Source of the DNA: the human T2T-CHM13v2.0 reference genome, Homo sapiens
DNA length: 64,000 nucleotides
Direction: 5' to 3' (one strand)
Assembly (NCBI RefSeq): GCF_009914755.1
Contig: NC_060925.1
This document shows positions 25,461 through 45,739 of the stretch, piece by piece. Numbering within the stretch: the stretch's first letter is position 1; each line of letters begins with the position of its first letter. Below the pieces are notes generated by a model. The model was not told the origin of the DNA and searched no databases. It saw only the letters and a list, made by a program, of their open reading frames with translations. The position numbers and the translations under genes were made by a program.

Positions 25461-26042
25461 CTTTCTCTCCCTCTTTGTCTCGCTCTCTACCTCTAGGTAG
25501 ACTGATCAAGAAGAAAGACCTAATTACCAATATTAAAGAGTACAAAGGTAACATCATTATAGATTTTATAGTTGTTAAAAGTATAATATGGGAATGTTAT
25601 GACTTTATGCTAATAAATCGGCCAACATAGAGGAAATGAACAAACATATTTAAAGACACAAACAACAAAGCTTACTCAAGAAGAGATAGACAACCTGATG
25701 TGTACTTGTTAAATAAATTGACTTGGTAGTTAAAAACCTTACCCCAAAATAAACTCCAAGCCTTGATGGTTTCACTGGTGAATTCTACCAAATATATAAG
25801 GAAGAAATATTGTCAACTCTGCACAAACCCTTCCAAAAAATGAAAAGGAGAGAATATATACCAACATATGAGGTCACCATTAATCTTATACAAAAATGAG
25901 AAAAATACAACAAAACTACAAACTAGTAGCTCTCATGAACAACAAAACAATTTTTAGCAAATTGAATCCAATAATACATAAAAAGGATAATATATATGTT
26001 CCAGTAATACAACATTGGCTTAACACTTAAAAGATCAATCAA

Positions 26043-26286
26043 TGGGCACGGTGGCTCACATCTGCAATCTCCGTGCTTTGGGGGATCTCTTGAGCCCAAT
26101 AGTTTGAGACTAGCCTGGGCAAGATAGTGAGACCCTGTCTTTATACAAAATTAAAAAATTAGCCAGGCATGGAGGCATGTATCTGTAGTCCTGGCTACTT
26201 GGAAGGCTGAAGCAAGAGAATCCCTTGAGTCCAGGAGTTTGAGGTTACAGTGAGCTATGACAAGCCACTGCACTCCAGCATGGGCA
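26043..26286 (+). mobile_element. AluJ, partly deleted, no A-tail
   Basis: tgggcacggtggctc...ttgagcccaatagtttgag...gaggttacagtgagctatga...cactccagcatgggca. Confidence 0.85.
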
Positions 26287-27286
26287 TAATGTAATTCACC
26301 ATATTAAATTAAAAAGTAAAAACTATATGATAATCTCAATAGTTGGAGAAAAAGCATTTCGTAAAATCAACATTATTGGTCAAAACTCTCAGAGATCTAG
26401 AAATAGAACTTTTCAACCGGATAAAGGATATCTATAAAAATCAAAGCATTAAGTAAAAATATACTTAAACAGATAAAGGCAAAACTGGTTTGCTTAAGGA
26501 AAGCTCAGTCTCTCCTTCAAACCCTTCCTTCATGTAGAGACTAAGACAGTGCCACTACACTCTGAGGCTCCAGGGGCCATGACCTGAAAATCAAGGGGAA
26601 CCACGGTCACTTGACAACAGGGATATATTCTGAGAAATGCATTATTAGGTGATTTATTCATTATATGAACACCATAAAATGTACTTACACAAACCTGGAT
26701 GGTATAGCCTATGACACACCTAGGCTATATGGTACAGATATTGCTTCTAGGCTACAAACTTCTGCTAGTATATTACTGTACTGAATACTGTAAGCAATTG
26801 TAACACAATGGTATTTGTATACCTAAGCATATCTGTACATAGAAAAGGTACAATAAAAATATGGTATAAAAGATAAAAATGGTACACCTATATAGGGCAC
26901 TTACAGGGCATGATTGAAGCTTGCAGGGCTGGAAAGTTGCTCTGGGTGAGTCAGTGAGTGAGTGGTGGGTGAATGTGAAAGCCTAGAACATTACTGTAAA
27001 CTATCATTTTTATATAAACATTATACACTTAGGCTACATTAAATTTGTTTTTAAAATTTCTTTCTTCAATAATAAATTAACTTTAGTTTACTGTAACTTT
27101 TTTACTTCATAAACTTCAATTTTTTAACCTTTTGACTCTTTTGTAATAACATTTAGCTTAAAACACAAACATATTGTATAGCTGCAAAAAATATTTTCTT
27201 TCTCTATACCTTTATTCTATAAACGTTTTTCTATTTTTAATTTTTTTTATTTTTACTCATTAAATGTTTTTGTTAAAAACTGAGAC

Positions 27287-30040
<2,754 letters not shown>

Positions 30041-30920
30041 AAAAACTGAGACACAAACATACACGCTAGCCTAGGTCTACACAGGGTCAGTATCATCAAT
30101 ATCACTGTGTTCTACCTCCACATCTTGTCCCAATGGAAGGACTTCAGGGGCAGTAACATGCATGGAGCTGTCATCTCCTATGATAACAATGCCTTCTTCT
30201 AGATACTTCCTGAAAGACCTTCCTAAGGCTTTTTTACAGTTAACTTTTTTTTTGTAGAAGTACATTCTAAAATAACAATAAAACTATAGCAAATATATAA
30301 ACTTATAACACATTAACATTATCAAGTATTATGTACTGTTCATAATTGCATGTGTTAGACTTGTACACGACTGTCAGAGAACTAGGTTTGTTTACACCAG
30401 TATCACCACAAACTAGCAAGTAATGTGTTGTGCTAGAACATTACAATGGCTAATGACATCACTAGACAATAGGAATGTTTTGGCTCCATTATAATGTTAT
30501 AGGACCGCCAATGCATACGCAATCCGTCATTGTCTAAAATGTTGTTATGCAGTTCATGACTGTGGTTACTGAGTCCTCACTACGTGTGGCATTTGTGCCA
30601 TGAACATTACCAAAAATCAGCCTCTGAATGGTGGGGGCATATAACTCCCTAGTTCAAGACTACCATCTGGCTATGTGCCTCACATATAGTATGTGTTCTA
30701 CCAGTGTTGGCTGGATTACAATGAATAGCTATATAAAGGATAAGGCCATAAAGAGATGACTCACGTATCTCAAACTGAAAAATATTACTCGGCACCAGAG
30801 GTGTATGAAGCTATTAAATAAACAAACACGGCACAGCCTGAGTTTTAATTTGACTTGAAGATTGGGGCAAAAGTTGTTTTGCTATACGAGATAGGTAGCA
30901 GAATACACTGTAAATTTACC

Positions 30921-31228
30921 TTTTTTTTTTTTTTTTTTTTTTTTTTGAGACAGAGTTTCACTCTTGTTGCCCAGGCTGTAGTGCAATGGCATGATCTCGG
31001 CTCACCGCAACCTCTGCCACTCAGGTTCAAGTGATTCTCCTGCCTCGGCCTCCCAAGTAGCTGAGATTACAGGCATGTGCCACCATGTCCAGCTAATTTT
31101 GTATTTTTAGTAGAGACAGGGTTTCTCCATGTTGGTCAGGCTGGTCTCGAACTCCCGACCTCATGTGATCCACCCGCCTCGGCCTCCCAAAGTTCTTGGA
31201 TTACAGGCGTGAGCCACTGCGCCCGGCC
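30921..31228 (-). mobile_element. AluSp-like element
   Basis: gagtttcactcttgttgccc and tttctccatgttggtcaggctgg; TSD aaatttacctt. Confidence 0.93.
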
Positions 31229-34200
31229 AAATTTACCTTCATTTTTAAAAAACAGTGAAATTTAAAAGAAAGTCAGACTCATGGCTGGTAGCCTCAAGCT
31301 CAGGGAACAGGAACTCATTTCCCTGTGATCAGGGGTTCCTAAATGAAGGTGTTTGAGAAGCATCAAATGATCCATGCATCTCCACATTGCAGATGAGGAA
31401 GCTCAAGCACAGATTGTGTATAAGGTTTGTTTGAGATTAGAGCTAGCTAGTAGATAGCTCTTCATGAAGTATCCTAGAGCCCACCCCTTCAAAAGTAGCC
31501 AGAAAAATATAGATATAAGGAGGAAAAAATTAGATTTAAAAACTTTTCATATACCAGCTGATGAAACTGGGGGTAGAGAGATTAATGTAGCCAGAGTTGG
31601 TGTACTTATATTTCCAGATTAATTAGGAGATCATGTATGCACATGTAAAGACTCACAATCAAGACCATACAAAATAAGTGCCACTGGAAAAAGAGAGCGC
31701 ACTTCCAGCTAAGATGGAAACTTGCAGTTTGGTAGCTTCTCAATTAAAAAAAAAAATAGGGAGAGACTTCCATTTTCCTTAAAACATGCATAGCTCATTT
31801 GAAACACATCAAATCCCAAGAAGCACATATTCGGTATTTACTTACGCTGGAGGGATTTCATCCAGGTAGAATGGGGTTGTCATGCTGAGGACTATATTAC
31901 ATGACCTACTAGGTCCCTTTCAATTCTTAACTGTGTATGGTTCCACAGTGACATGAAACTGTCCATCCCTCCGCTATGTGACAGAAATTTACAGTGCATC
32001 TGCCTAATATTTGCCTTGTAAGAATTTGCTACTCTTTTAATTTAAAATGCAACCTTCAGTAAGTAAAGAGATAAACTCTGAGAGGCAATATACCTCTCAT
32101 ACACCTGCAAGTGAATACAAAAAAACACAATGCATAATAGCTCACAGAGGAAGGAGCGAAGGAAGAGCTCCTGCGGCAGGTGTGACATGGCCTCATTTGC
32201 AATACTCCAACAGGAACTGAAAGGCTTTTGTAATTCCCACACCAAGAAAATTATTAGGTTATCTTCAGGGGAAGAGAGCTGTTGGCCATATAGCCGAGTC
32301 TCTTGCTACCATGAAAATAAACCCTTTGTTAATCTAGATTTATTTTTTAAAGGGGCAAAAACACTTTCAATGAACAGTATTCCCCTGAGGGCTTCCGCTG
32401 GGCATCTTGTTCAGTGTTCTGTCAGGCAGATGTTCACTTGGTTAGCACTCAAGAAAGAAGCAGACAGATTCATTAAGAGACAGGCAGAGACACACATTCC
32501 TTTTCAGAAGATTCACCACAAATTTCCATAAGTGCTTGCCTTTTATGATAGCTGTCATGGTCATTTTGCTTCAGATTGCAGCCACGCCGCTTTCATTTTG
32601 AAAGCTACCAAGGGACTCACACGCCAGGCTTCCACAAGAAAAGCAGTGGGCAGGGTAGGGTTGAAGACAGCGAGAGAGCAAGGCATTCTGGTGCCTGCTG
32701 CCCTGTTACTACACTATATTCCATTCTTTCTGGCATTACCCACTTTACTCATGAGTTGTCATTAATTCTTTCCAGCTTCCACCCCAAGCAAATCCTACCT
32801 CCCTGATTACATTCTGGAACTAGTTTGCTGGGCCAGTGCCCGGCTTGGTTTCACATGGGTAGCTACTACTGAAACCTAATATTGCACAGTAGAAAACTGG
32901 ATGCTGAGTTGGCTTTCTCATCTGTGGGCTGATGAGGCAGAGTAGAAGACTACTACCTTTCAACTAAAAGCTTTTGGTTTCTATTACAGTTTGAAGGGCT
33001 TCTCTGATTTACTCTTTAAGTCCGAAGGACAAAAATAAGGACTGGTAAGCCCACTGACTTTTCCAAACATCCGCACATTTTCCCCACAGATTCAGCAGAC
33101 CTCTGCTTTACAGATCCTTTAAACTCTCTCTGGATGTAGTCATATTTTGTGTGACCTTAGTACAGAGTCCATACTATTTCATGGGCTGCTAGGAAGACAG
33201 GAGTAACCATTCATTGATGGTTATGGGATAGAATAGGGACACTTGTAATCCAAATCACAACACAATACACAAAATCACAAGGAGGTCTACCAGTCTGATA
33301 TTCCAGAATCCTCTGGGCAGGGTTGTGGTACCAAGCAGTGTATCCAGGTAAAGCAAGAAGCTTAAGCCAACTCCTGGGGAATGAGGTCTAGAAAAGTAAG
33401 GCAGGCAAGACACGGAATACATATCAGAAAGCTGAGCAGAAACCCAGGAACACATGTACTACAGAGGACCACCAAGTAGTCTCTCGGGCACCTATGGACT
33501 CATGGCATGCTAGCTCTAGAATGCTTTTCTAAGTTCAGAAGTTGCTCCTTGTAATCTGCTAGATGTGGTTTACACCATGCAGATCTATCACTATCATGGA
33601 ATAGGATGGGGCAGACAGGTTCTGATAGCTATTTTTGCACTATTGGTCAAATTGTAAAATATATCAAGATAAATTTTTAAAAAATTTCTTGGGGCCATAG
33701 AAGAGAGGAAAAATTAGCCAGAGTAATCATAGAGCATTTAACTGGCTTGACTAAAATTGTTCAGTTTACAAGGAGCCATTTTTCCAAGGGCAGTCTAGGT
33801 CTGGTATTTTGAAACCTTTCCCAAGCAGTCTTGCTTGGGTTCCTTTCTTTGACGTTTTCCTTAGAAAAACATTGGCCATTTGAAGGGCTTTCTGAAAAAA
33901 GAAAAACAAATAAACAAAAACAAACTCTACTCACAGCCTGCAGACATGTTATCACTCTATTTCTCTTGCCATATCTCTGGTACCAGTTTTCAAGTTATTA
34001 CACTTTAAAAAGATAGTTCCTTTCTGTCTTCATCAACCTCAAGCAGAAGCCCTTGATAGAAATAGATTTAATTAGCAGCCCTCAACATACCCTCACAACA
34101 ACAGAAAACAGTATTTTAAAAAACATAGGTTTTTCTCTACAAGTTTGTGTACTAAGGGACAAGATGACTTGCGTTTATTATTTTTCTGTTTTAAATGGAT

Positions 34201-34669
34201 TTATGAGGTGGCAAGAGAGCTGAAGATACATATGTTTTATTTTATGGATATATATCATGTTTATCTTTTCTGGATTATTTTTTTCACACGCTCTCTTACT
34301 AAGGAAGGGACTTCTCCAAAACATAATTTTAAGAAGAGATATGTATGGGCTATTTATGGAAAACAGGTTTGGAGAATGTTTTCTGAATAATTGGAGTGAA
34401 TGTAGAGACTATATGACTGCAAAGCTTTGCACATGGCAGGAAGGTAATTTGGTAATTTGGAGATTCATGGGTTAAAAAAGCCCCTTGGAGAAGGCTTGAA
34501 GACACTCCTATATCCTCAAAGACCAACATTATATTTCAGGATTCCCTTTGGTTAAATTTCTGTAATTATTTATAAATGTTAAAGTCTTCTGAATGAGTCA
34601 GAATTGCAGATTATAAGGGTAAAGGAAAAGATGAGACTTCTGAAATATTTTGTTGGCTTCTGAGGGATC

Positions 34670-37970
<3,301 letters not shown>

Positions 37971-38044
37971 TATTTTTTTAAATAGTAAAAGAAAAATCAT
38001 TTAATATTTCTTAGCTATGACAAAGCTGAAATTTTCTGGACTTC

Positions 38045-38280
38045 TTCCAATTTATTGAACACTAAATAAAGTGGCAGGTACTGTTTAGATCTTTATGAAA
38101 ATTGTTTTTATTTACTTATCACAATAACTCTCTGAGGTAGGAATTATTTTCCCATTTTACAGATGAAGGAACAGCCAAAAATCCAGCCAGCAAAAATCCA
38201 GGGTCACTCAGCTAGTAATCTGAAGAGCAGGAATTTAAACCCCTACTTGTCTGGTGGCAAGATCCAGGCTCTAATGACTA
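38045..38280 (-). mobile_element. MIR
   Basis: ctctgaggtaggaattattttcccattttacagatgaagga...ggtcactcagctagtaa. Confidence 0.8.
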
Positions 38281-40686
38281 TGACTTGGTGTCTTGTTTGT
38301 CAACTTCTAAGCAAATTAATTCTGACTTTGTCTCATATATGAAATAGACTAACTCCCTCCAGTTCCTTCCTTTAAGATTTTTGTGGGCATGTGAGTTTAT
38401 TTTCCTCCTTCCTGCCTGCGTCATTTTCTTTTCCATCTATTTCTGTGCTTCAGTTTTGTAAAATTTTCAGCTGTGTTTCAGATGTGTTCTAATCTTCACT
38501 TGCATCAGGTAACTGCAGCAGGCTTGACATCTTGCATTAACAAAGCAGAAGACTCCAGGCTATGAGGGAAACTTCTTTCTTATTGTTTGGAAAAGCCAGT
38601 TTTCCATAGTTTAAATTTTGCATTAACAGTAGGCCTATTGAGTCCACTTAATATGGCAACTTTTTGGATAAATGCAAATTGATTGTACAGTACATATTAC
38701 AGAAACACATCTGTCTCTAAATGGGTTCACATGAGACATAGTTTATTCCACAGGTTAACTTTCTAAATTAAATCCTTCTCTAAAGTCAGAACACTAAGAA
38801 GAACCAGACTTCATAAATGAATAATGAATTTTTTCATTAGTAACAAAAACAGCTTAAAGTTGAAAGGTCTACTGGGTAGGTCTGAAATGTGGGAACAATT
38901 CGTAATTGAGGACCTAATGTTCCACTGAAAAAAATTCTCTTTGAGGTATCATCAGACAAACTTAAAAATTCTCCACCACTGGCCATTTCCAAGTAAAGAT
39001 GCCAGTTTGATCACACATTTTAAACATGTGTCTGGAGAATTTTATGTAGCTTCTTTTACAAACTTAAAGACAAATATATTCTCTGTTACCAGAGAAAATT
39101 GGTCTTTTGGGAGGATTTAGAAATGGAAAAAATGTAGAAAATAATCCACAAATAAATACTGGGGCAGTTTCTATTTGTACCTATGCCTGCGCTAGTTACA
39201 TGTTAGGCTCTTTTGAAGACTATACACACGTTATGCATAAACACATTCTAGAAGAAAGGTAAGAAGAAAAAAATCATGACCAGAAGTTGATATAATAAGA
39301 AATCTAGGCCTTTTCACTGCGTATTTGTTGCTAAAGATTATCTTCAGGTAAGACCACCATGTAGCGAACCAGGCCCCATAAAAGACCATATTCATGGCCA
39401 CTTAATGGGAAAATAAACCACAATGGTGTTGTTGTAGCACAACTGTAACCAGAGATGTATATCTCTATTCAGATAGAAGAGGTGCTTATTAATTTTTGCT
39501 TTAATTATTAGATAATTCCTTGGTTTCCATTCTGTTTTTACTTAAAACCCATTATAATCATCTTTTGAACATATTTGTCTAAGGGTTTACATTAATTTTC
39601 CTCTTTCAGAGAACAGGGAATCCAAAAACAACAATCTTAGCTGTTGTTGGAAAATAAAAGTGACCGCTGGGACTGTGAACCAGAGGTACAGGAGCTGGTC
39701 CATGACCCAGACCACAGGTTGGCAGTGGCAAAGGGCCTTCATCCTGCAGGTCCACGCCTATGGCCCTAGCACCACCGCTTCTGGAGAAGGATGGGCAGGA
39801 ATGAGGCAGTGATTGGTCCTTCTGGCACTGTCCTAGGTAGATACTGTTTTCAATGTTGTCTGGACCATCTGGAGGCAGGGGTGGTGGGCACAGACTACAG
39901 GGGAAGAATTCTGTTAGAGCCTGCATTGTGAGATAATTCTCCCCTACTCTAGACTAGTGAAAGAGGAATGGAGGATGTGGGCTCCAGGACAGTTTGGTTC
40001 TTTCTTGATCAGCACCCCAGAGTCTGAGTGTCTAGAGGGGCTAAGTGTGCGTCTGTCCTAGTGTGAAAGCCTAAAGTAACGCTATATACATCTCAGTGTG
40101 TTTTTCCCACCATGACCTGCAAAGTGGTTACAACTGTTAATATCCACATTTACAGATGATGCTTCTGAGTCACAGAGGGGGCAAGATGCCTGCCACGAGA
40201 TGACGAAGCTAGGATAGAACCCTGTCTCTTCACCCCCACTCTAATGACCCCTATATTAAACCACACTGACTCTCTGAAATCAGTATTGCAAGAGGTGTTT
40301 ACTATTCTTTCAAATGTAGTCATGGGAAGGAGACGGGACTCTAGTTAAGATAAGAAGAATCCTGTTGTAGCAGCAGCATACAAAACCCAACTCTGTACAG
40401 ATGGTTTTAGCATTTCCCCTCGTATTCTTTCCCTGTTCTTTTTCTTGGTTGGTATCCCACTGTGTGTGTCCTTGGAGACCAAGGTAGAACTGCCAATTGC
40501 CACTCTGGCTGAGGGGCTCCATGGTTTCCATGCAGAGGTAGGGGTTATAACTCCACATTTGAAATTTACTTTGGATTGAATTTTGGGCCACAGTTCTTAT
40601 ATCCAAAAAGAAAAAAAAAATTCTTTGCGAGGATAATTTTTTAAAGTTTTCAAGTTTAGGAAAAAAGTCACAAGTCCAAATTATAA

Positions 40687-40716
40687 ATTATTATTATTAT
40701 TATTATTATTATTATT
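40687..40716. repeat. (ATT)10 microsatellite
   Basis: Direct reading. Confidence 0.95.
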
Positions 40717-42634
40717 TACTTTAGCCATATGTTACTACATGGAGAAATTATGATTATTTTTGGTTATGTTCATAAACATCTTTTTTCAAAGATTATTATT
40801 CTAATAACACAGGTCATGACTGTGGGAGCATTGTCAGGAACTGCTCTTCAGGAAACTGCTGAAAATGTGATATGGACATAGAGGAGCTCACATTTCAAGA
40901 GTATCTGTATTGTACTATTTTCCCAAAATATCTTCAAGGGACTAACCTGTCCTTATCCATCTCCTTAGTGGGATTTTGCATACAAGAGGCTCTTGGGAGT
41001 GCACATAGTGATAACTACCTAAACAGAGCTTTCAATATTAATCATTGTTTTATAACATTTTGAAGCTTGAAAAAATGTTATGTATATATGCTATATATTA
41101 AAATGCTATATATAGATATATAGCATTTTTCAATGCTGTTTATTAAAAGCCATATATACACATGCATTTAAATGGCTTTTATTATCCTTGTTATATGCAG
41201 GAGAACTGAGGCTCAGCAAAGCAACTTGTCAGACTCTCACATAGCTACTAAGGGACAGAAGCAACTCACAAGTACAAGCTATATTCATGACATCCAAATG
41301 TGTCTCACAAATAATTCTTTATAAAATACAGTCTCTCATTAGTTAGATCTCTTTATTTGGATATGCAGTGCCATGTGGTACTAAAGCTGTTGAATTTGCC
41401 CTGTGCTGGATTTGGTACCGCCTGTAAGATGGAATGCAGATATTTCCCATCATGTCACAGTACCTGGGATGGGTTCTGTGACTTAATTTGGTGAAGTTAT
41501 CATTCACCAAATTAAGATAGGTAAAAATATTGAATTGTACTTAAATATCTATTTCTCTAGTCTTCAACATGCCCTAATTTGCTGCTGAGAATGAGAAATG
41601 AATCAGAAATGAAGAATCAAAATTGTCTACCACCTGCTTCTCTCAAGTCTGCTGTGAGACTAGCACAAAGACAAGCTACTTTCACTCTAGCCTATTTTCT
41701 GTGAGTTAGAGGCAATTTACAGGTTCCCCTTCCTGCATCACCTTAGAACTTTACTCAAAATTTTTCACATAGCATATTTCGTATTCTATTATGATTTTTG
41801 TTTATACTATATTTCCCCACTATATTACGGCCCCTTCTGTAACAGAGACTCTTTATCATCTGAACAGCACAGCCCATGGTGCAGAGTGTAGACTTCACTG
41901 AGCATTCATTGAATAAGCATGACATAGGGAGATGCACCATATGAATAAATTCAGGGACTATGGAACATTTGCACTAAAGCATCCCCATGTGGCAGGAATC
42001 TGTCAGATTAGAGAGGTGTGCTGGTTAGATCCACTGCCTAATCTGTTTTTGGCTAGGAGAAAATGTTCTAGATAGATAAATGATACTTCTCTCCATTTAA
42101 GTTTTCCTTTTCATGTCAAAGAGAGTCTTTGTTTATAGATACGATGCTACCTTTCCATTAACTGGAGGGCAGGCACACATCTGTTTTTCCAAGAGTGGGA
42201 ATGAACTGAATCAAACTATTTACATTTTCTTACCTTTCTCCTACCTGATAGCATTATTTACAGGCTGATAATCCCAGAGTAAAAGTGTAATTTGAGGTTA
42301 GCAAGCAAAAAAAAATGCTTATGATGAAAAGACTCCATCCAAATCAGGCTCAAGGACAGTGAAATACCTGTTACAGATGAGCATTAAAAGAAAAGGCTGT
42401 CACCATGATGACCAAAGATGGGCTAGTCTTTGGTCTCCAACGTGGATCTCCAATATTGTGAGTAAGAGGCTGGGATACAAGTATCTTATTGAAAAATCTA
42501 ACATTCAGAGCCATTAAGAAGTGGGATGGGTCTGCTTTTCTGACTCCAGAGCCCATCACTAGCACTTCTACAGCACTTGCTGTTTTTAAAACACACACGT
42601 TTTCTTAATTAATCCCCATGGAGGAAGCGTAACA

Positions 42635-42885
42635 CAGCTGTTAATGGTTCATGGTACAGGCTTTAAGTCAGATTGCCCTGGGTTAGAATCCCGGCTTCCA
42701 CGTAACTTCTAGGTTACCTTGGGCAAAATTTAACTTCTCTGAACACCAGTTTCCATCCATAATGAAGATATAATAATAGTGCCTACCTCGAGGGTTGTTA
42801 AGATTAAATGAGATAATTACATAAAATATCTGGCCAAGGTGCCTAGCATCTAACAAGTGCCCAATAAAAGTCAGCTGTAAATGAT
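42635..42885 (+). mobile_element. MIR
   Basis: ggctttaagtcagattgccctgggttagaatcccggcttcc...accttgggcaaa...ataatagtgcctacctcgagggttg. Confidence 0.85.
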
Positions 42886-44037
42886 GTAAATCATATTCTC
42901 ATAATTTACAAAACATCTCTCTGCTTCCCCATTCCCAGAGAACAATTATGATAGGCAAATGCAGGAAGCAACTCCAAATTCAATGCTAACTCCATACCAG
43001 ATCCTAAGCACGTTGGCTCAGAGCCTGACAGTCTCTCTTTAGTCATAGTTCCCACTGACTAGAGTCAGCCTCCTGCCTATGTTAGGACAAAGCCTGCAGT
43101 TTCTCCTCATCACATGACTTTTCTCAAACCTTTGTCTATCTCATATTCCTTCTCCTCAGCCCTGGGCAAGACATGACACAGGCCATTGGAGCAAGATGTT
43201 TCATGAAGTCAGCAAGGAAGACAGTTTTTCTTAGACTATTTTTTGGAAAATAAATTCCTCCTTTCAAGTAAAATAACATCGACTGAAATCACTAGCCTAT
43301 GCCAGAGACATCAGGGCATTGTTAAAAGAAAAGCCTTGACTAAGCAATGTTTATAATTTCAGAGTTGTTTGGAGTTTACGGTATAATTTATGCCATGTGT
43401 TCTATCATTAACAGTTTTAAGACCAACCTGTTTTTTTACTCAACAGAGTACAAAACACCCACTTATGACATGGCATCTCCTATAGTATGGAAAACACACT
43501 CTTTCATTGGACTGGGAGGGTTCCTTAGAAAACCATTATTTGTTGGTTACCATTTCCTTTCAACCGTCTATCTGGCTGAAGACAATAAAAACAATTTAAA
43601 GAGAAAGGAGTTCAATTTCAGAGTCTACTTGCCCGGAATTCGTATTGTGAGTTGTCTGTTGTTGGATAGTCTGGCTTGCTGGTAGGAGCCTGCCTTGATT
43701 TGTGTTTAAGAACCTGGAACATCTCTGGTACCGAGTAAAGCCTCAGAAGAATCTTTTAAGAAAGCTTTCTGGGATAGTGAGGCAGTCTTTATGAGGAGCA
43801 GCAGGGAGGTCGCAGCTGTAAGGAGTTGAGCTCATCCTCCTATCCACAGAGTTGCCAGAAGTGCATTGTTGAGCCACCACAACACAGATCCCTGAAAGGG
43901 CTCAGTGCCTCCTCAGAAGTCTGTATGAAATATGGGCTGCATAGAATGAGGAAATTACTAAGGAATAATAAACTAGTTGAACATGTAAAGGACTTTTTAA
44001 AAAAATCTACCAACAAAATCCTTTGAAAATAACATAA

Positions 44038-44077
44038 GACACAAACACACACACACACACATACACACAGACAGACA
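44038..44077. repeat. Imperfect (CA)n
   Basis: Direct reading. Confidence 0.85.
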
Positions 44078-44369
44078 CTCCAAAAACCTAACCTCTGCCT
44101 TGGTTTCACTGAAGAGGAATAATACTTGAAATGTTACTTGTACAATGTCACAGATAACATAATTAGGTCTACAAGGTGGGACTTTGATGAAAGGAAACTA
44201 TTTGTCCCTAACTTATTTCCACATTAGTGCTTCATATTCATGATGCAGCATGATCTCCAAAATTACCAACAGCTCATCTGTGTGCTGACTCTCTGGCTTT
44301 CGCAAGTCATGGAGGAAGTATGGGCTTTGGGAATCCCATGACAAATATTGGGACTGGGAGTGTGAAGGA

Positions 44370-45230
44370 TGCAAGATAACAGACATCCAAACCACACATC
44401 CATCCCCTGAGTCATCCTCAGCACCTCCCCTCTTTTATACCCACATCTAGTTATTCACTGAGTTCTATCTGCCTCCTAGGAAATCCCTTAAATCCAGCCC
44501 CCCTTGCCCTATTTGGTGCCACTGCCATGATCTCTTACTGGAGTGTTTTAATAGCCTCCTCACTGATCTCCCTGACTTTTGTCCTTTTCTACTCTGTTGT
44601 CTGTACCACCCCTCAATGATCTCCCTAAAACACAAATCAGCACAAATATGATGAAAGTATGCTTTTGTTACTCCCTTGCCTGATAATCTCCACTGTCCTG
44701 TCATTGCCAACAGGATAGAGTTCAAATTCCTTCTAAGAGCCTTTCCAATAGTCTGGGAATCTCTCTCTCTCTCTCTGGGTTCTGTTATTGACGAGTGTTT
44801 GCCCTTAATCTCTCTGAGCTTCAGCTTGCACATCCATAAAGTGGGGTTAATAATAATACTGATCTCATAAAGTTGTCATGGGGCTGCAATGAGATACCAT
44901 AAGTACAAGTCTCAGCATAACCAGACACGGAAGTGCTAAGCGAATACTGTTATTATTGTCCCTAGCACATAGCCTTTACCTTAAACAAACTGCTGTTTCT
45001 GAAAAAGGCCACGATGTTTTATATCTCAGAGACTTTGTACCTATTGTTTTATTAATTGACTGATTGATTATTCACTCATCAGATATTTATTGACTACCTA
45101 CACATGTTGGTGGCCTCAGCACCAACAATTTACTGAGTGCCAAAGATACAACAATGAACAAGATAGGATATATACTAGCTCTTCTAATGTTTACATTCCA
45201 GAACTAAAGATCCAGGCAATAAAATAAATT
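44370..45230. mobile_element. L2 fragments with an embedded MIR (~44770-44960)
   Basis: ttaatagcctcctcactgatctccctg, aggatagagttcaaattcctt; MIR ctctgagcttcagcttgcacatccataaagtgggg; reverse L2 tcagatatttattgactaccta. Confidence 0.65.
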
Positions 45231-45739
45231 ATTTTTGTAAACAATGTAATATTATGGATTTAGTATTTAATACTAAGTAAATGAATATGAAAAATCAATA
45301 TAGTTTTGTGCTTGAAGACAATTCAGGCTAATAGAATCTAGTGGCAATTTGAGCTACTCTTTTCTAGAGATGAGAGCAGCTTTCTCTGAGACAATGACAA
45401 GAAGGAGCCTGCTGCAAGATGTCTGGAAGCACTGAAGCTGCTATCTTCCAAGAAATGATGTTTAGTCAAAGCCAAATACATGTATAAAATCTTAGGTTGT
45501 ATTTTTGTTTTTACAAATAGTTTGCTAACTCATTTGATATTCCCTATGGTCTTTACATATAATGCTCATAATGATAGTCTTAGTTGGATTGTGAAAATCA
45601 TTTTCAGCAACATATTTTTAGAAATCAGCAACATTTGCTGTTTTTATTTTAATTAGCATAGATTCTTTACATTGATTGTACAATATGCCAGTTCATATAT
45701 TTTAATTACAGGTATGAGTACAGGCAAAATAATTATATT

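Larger units (their letters stand above)
24678..26450 (+). mobile_element. Old L1M (5' fragment joined to ORF2 fragment), interrupted by two Alus
   Basis: cagacttcctc 5' motif; ORF2 motifs gatggtttcactggtgaattctaccaaa and tgataatctcaatagttggagaaaaagcatt. Confidence 0.75.

Noticed and set aside
32130-32806. 133-aa ORF and neighbouring ORFs in unique sequence
   Set aside because: No recognisable domain, no clear exon boundaries, and lengths compatible with chance
39606-39926. 106-aa minus-strand ORF in a GC-richer patch, possible retrocopy
   Set aside because: No homology I recognise, and no polyA or TSD
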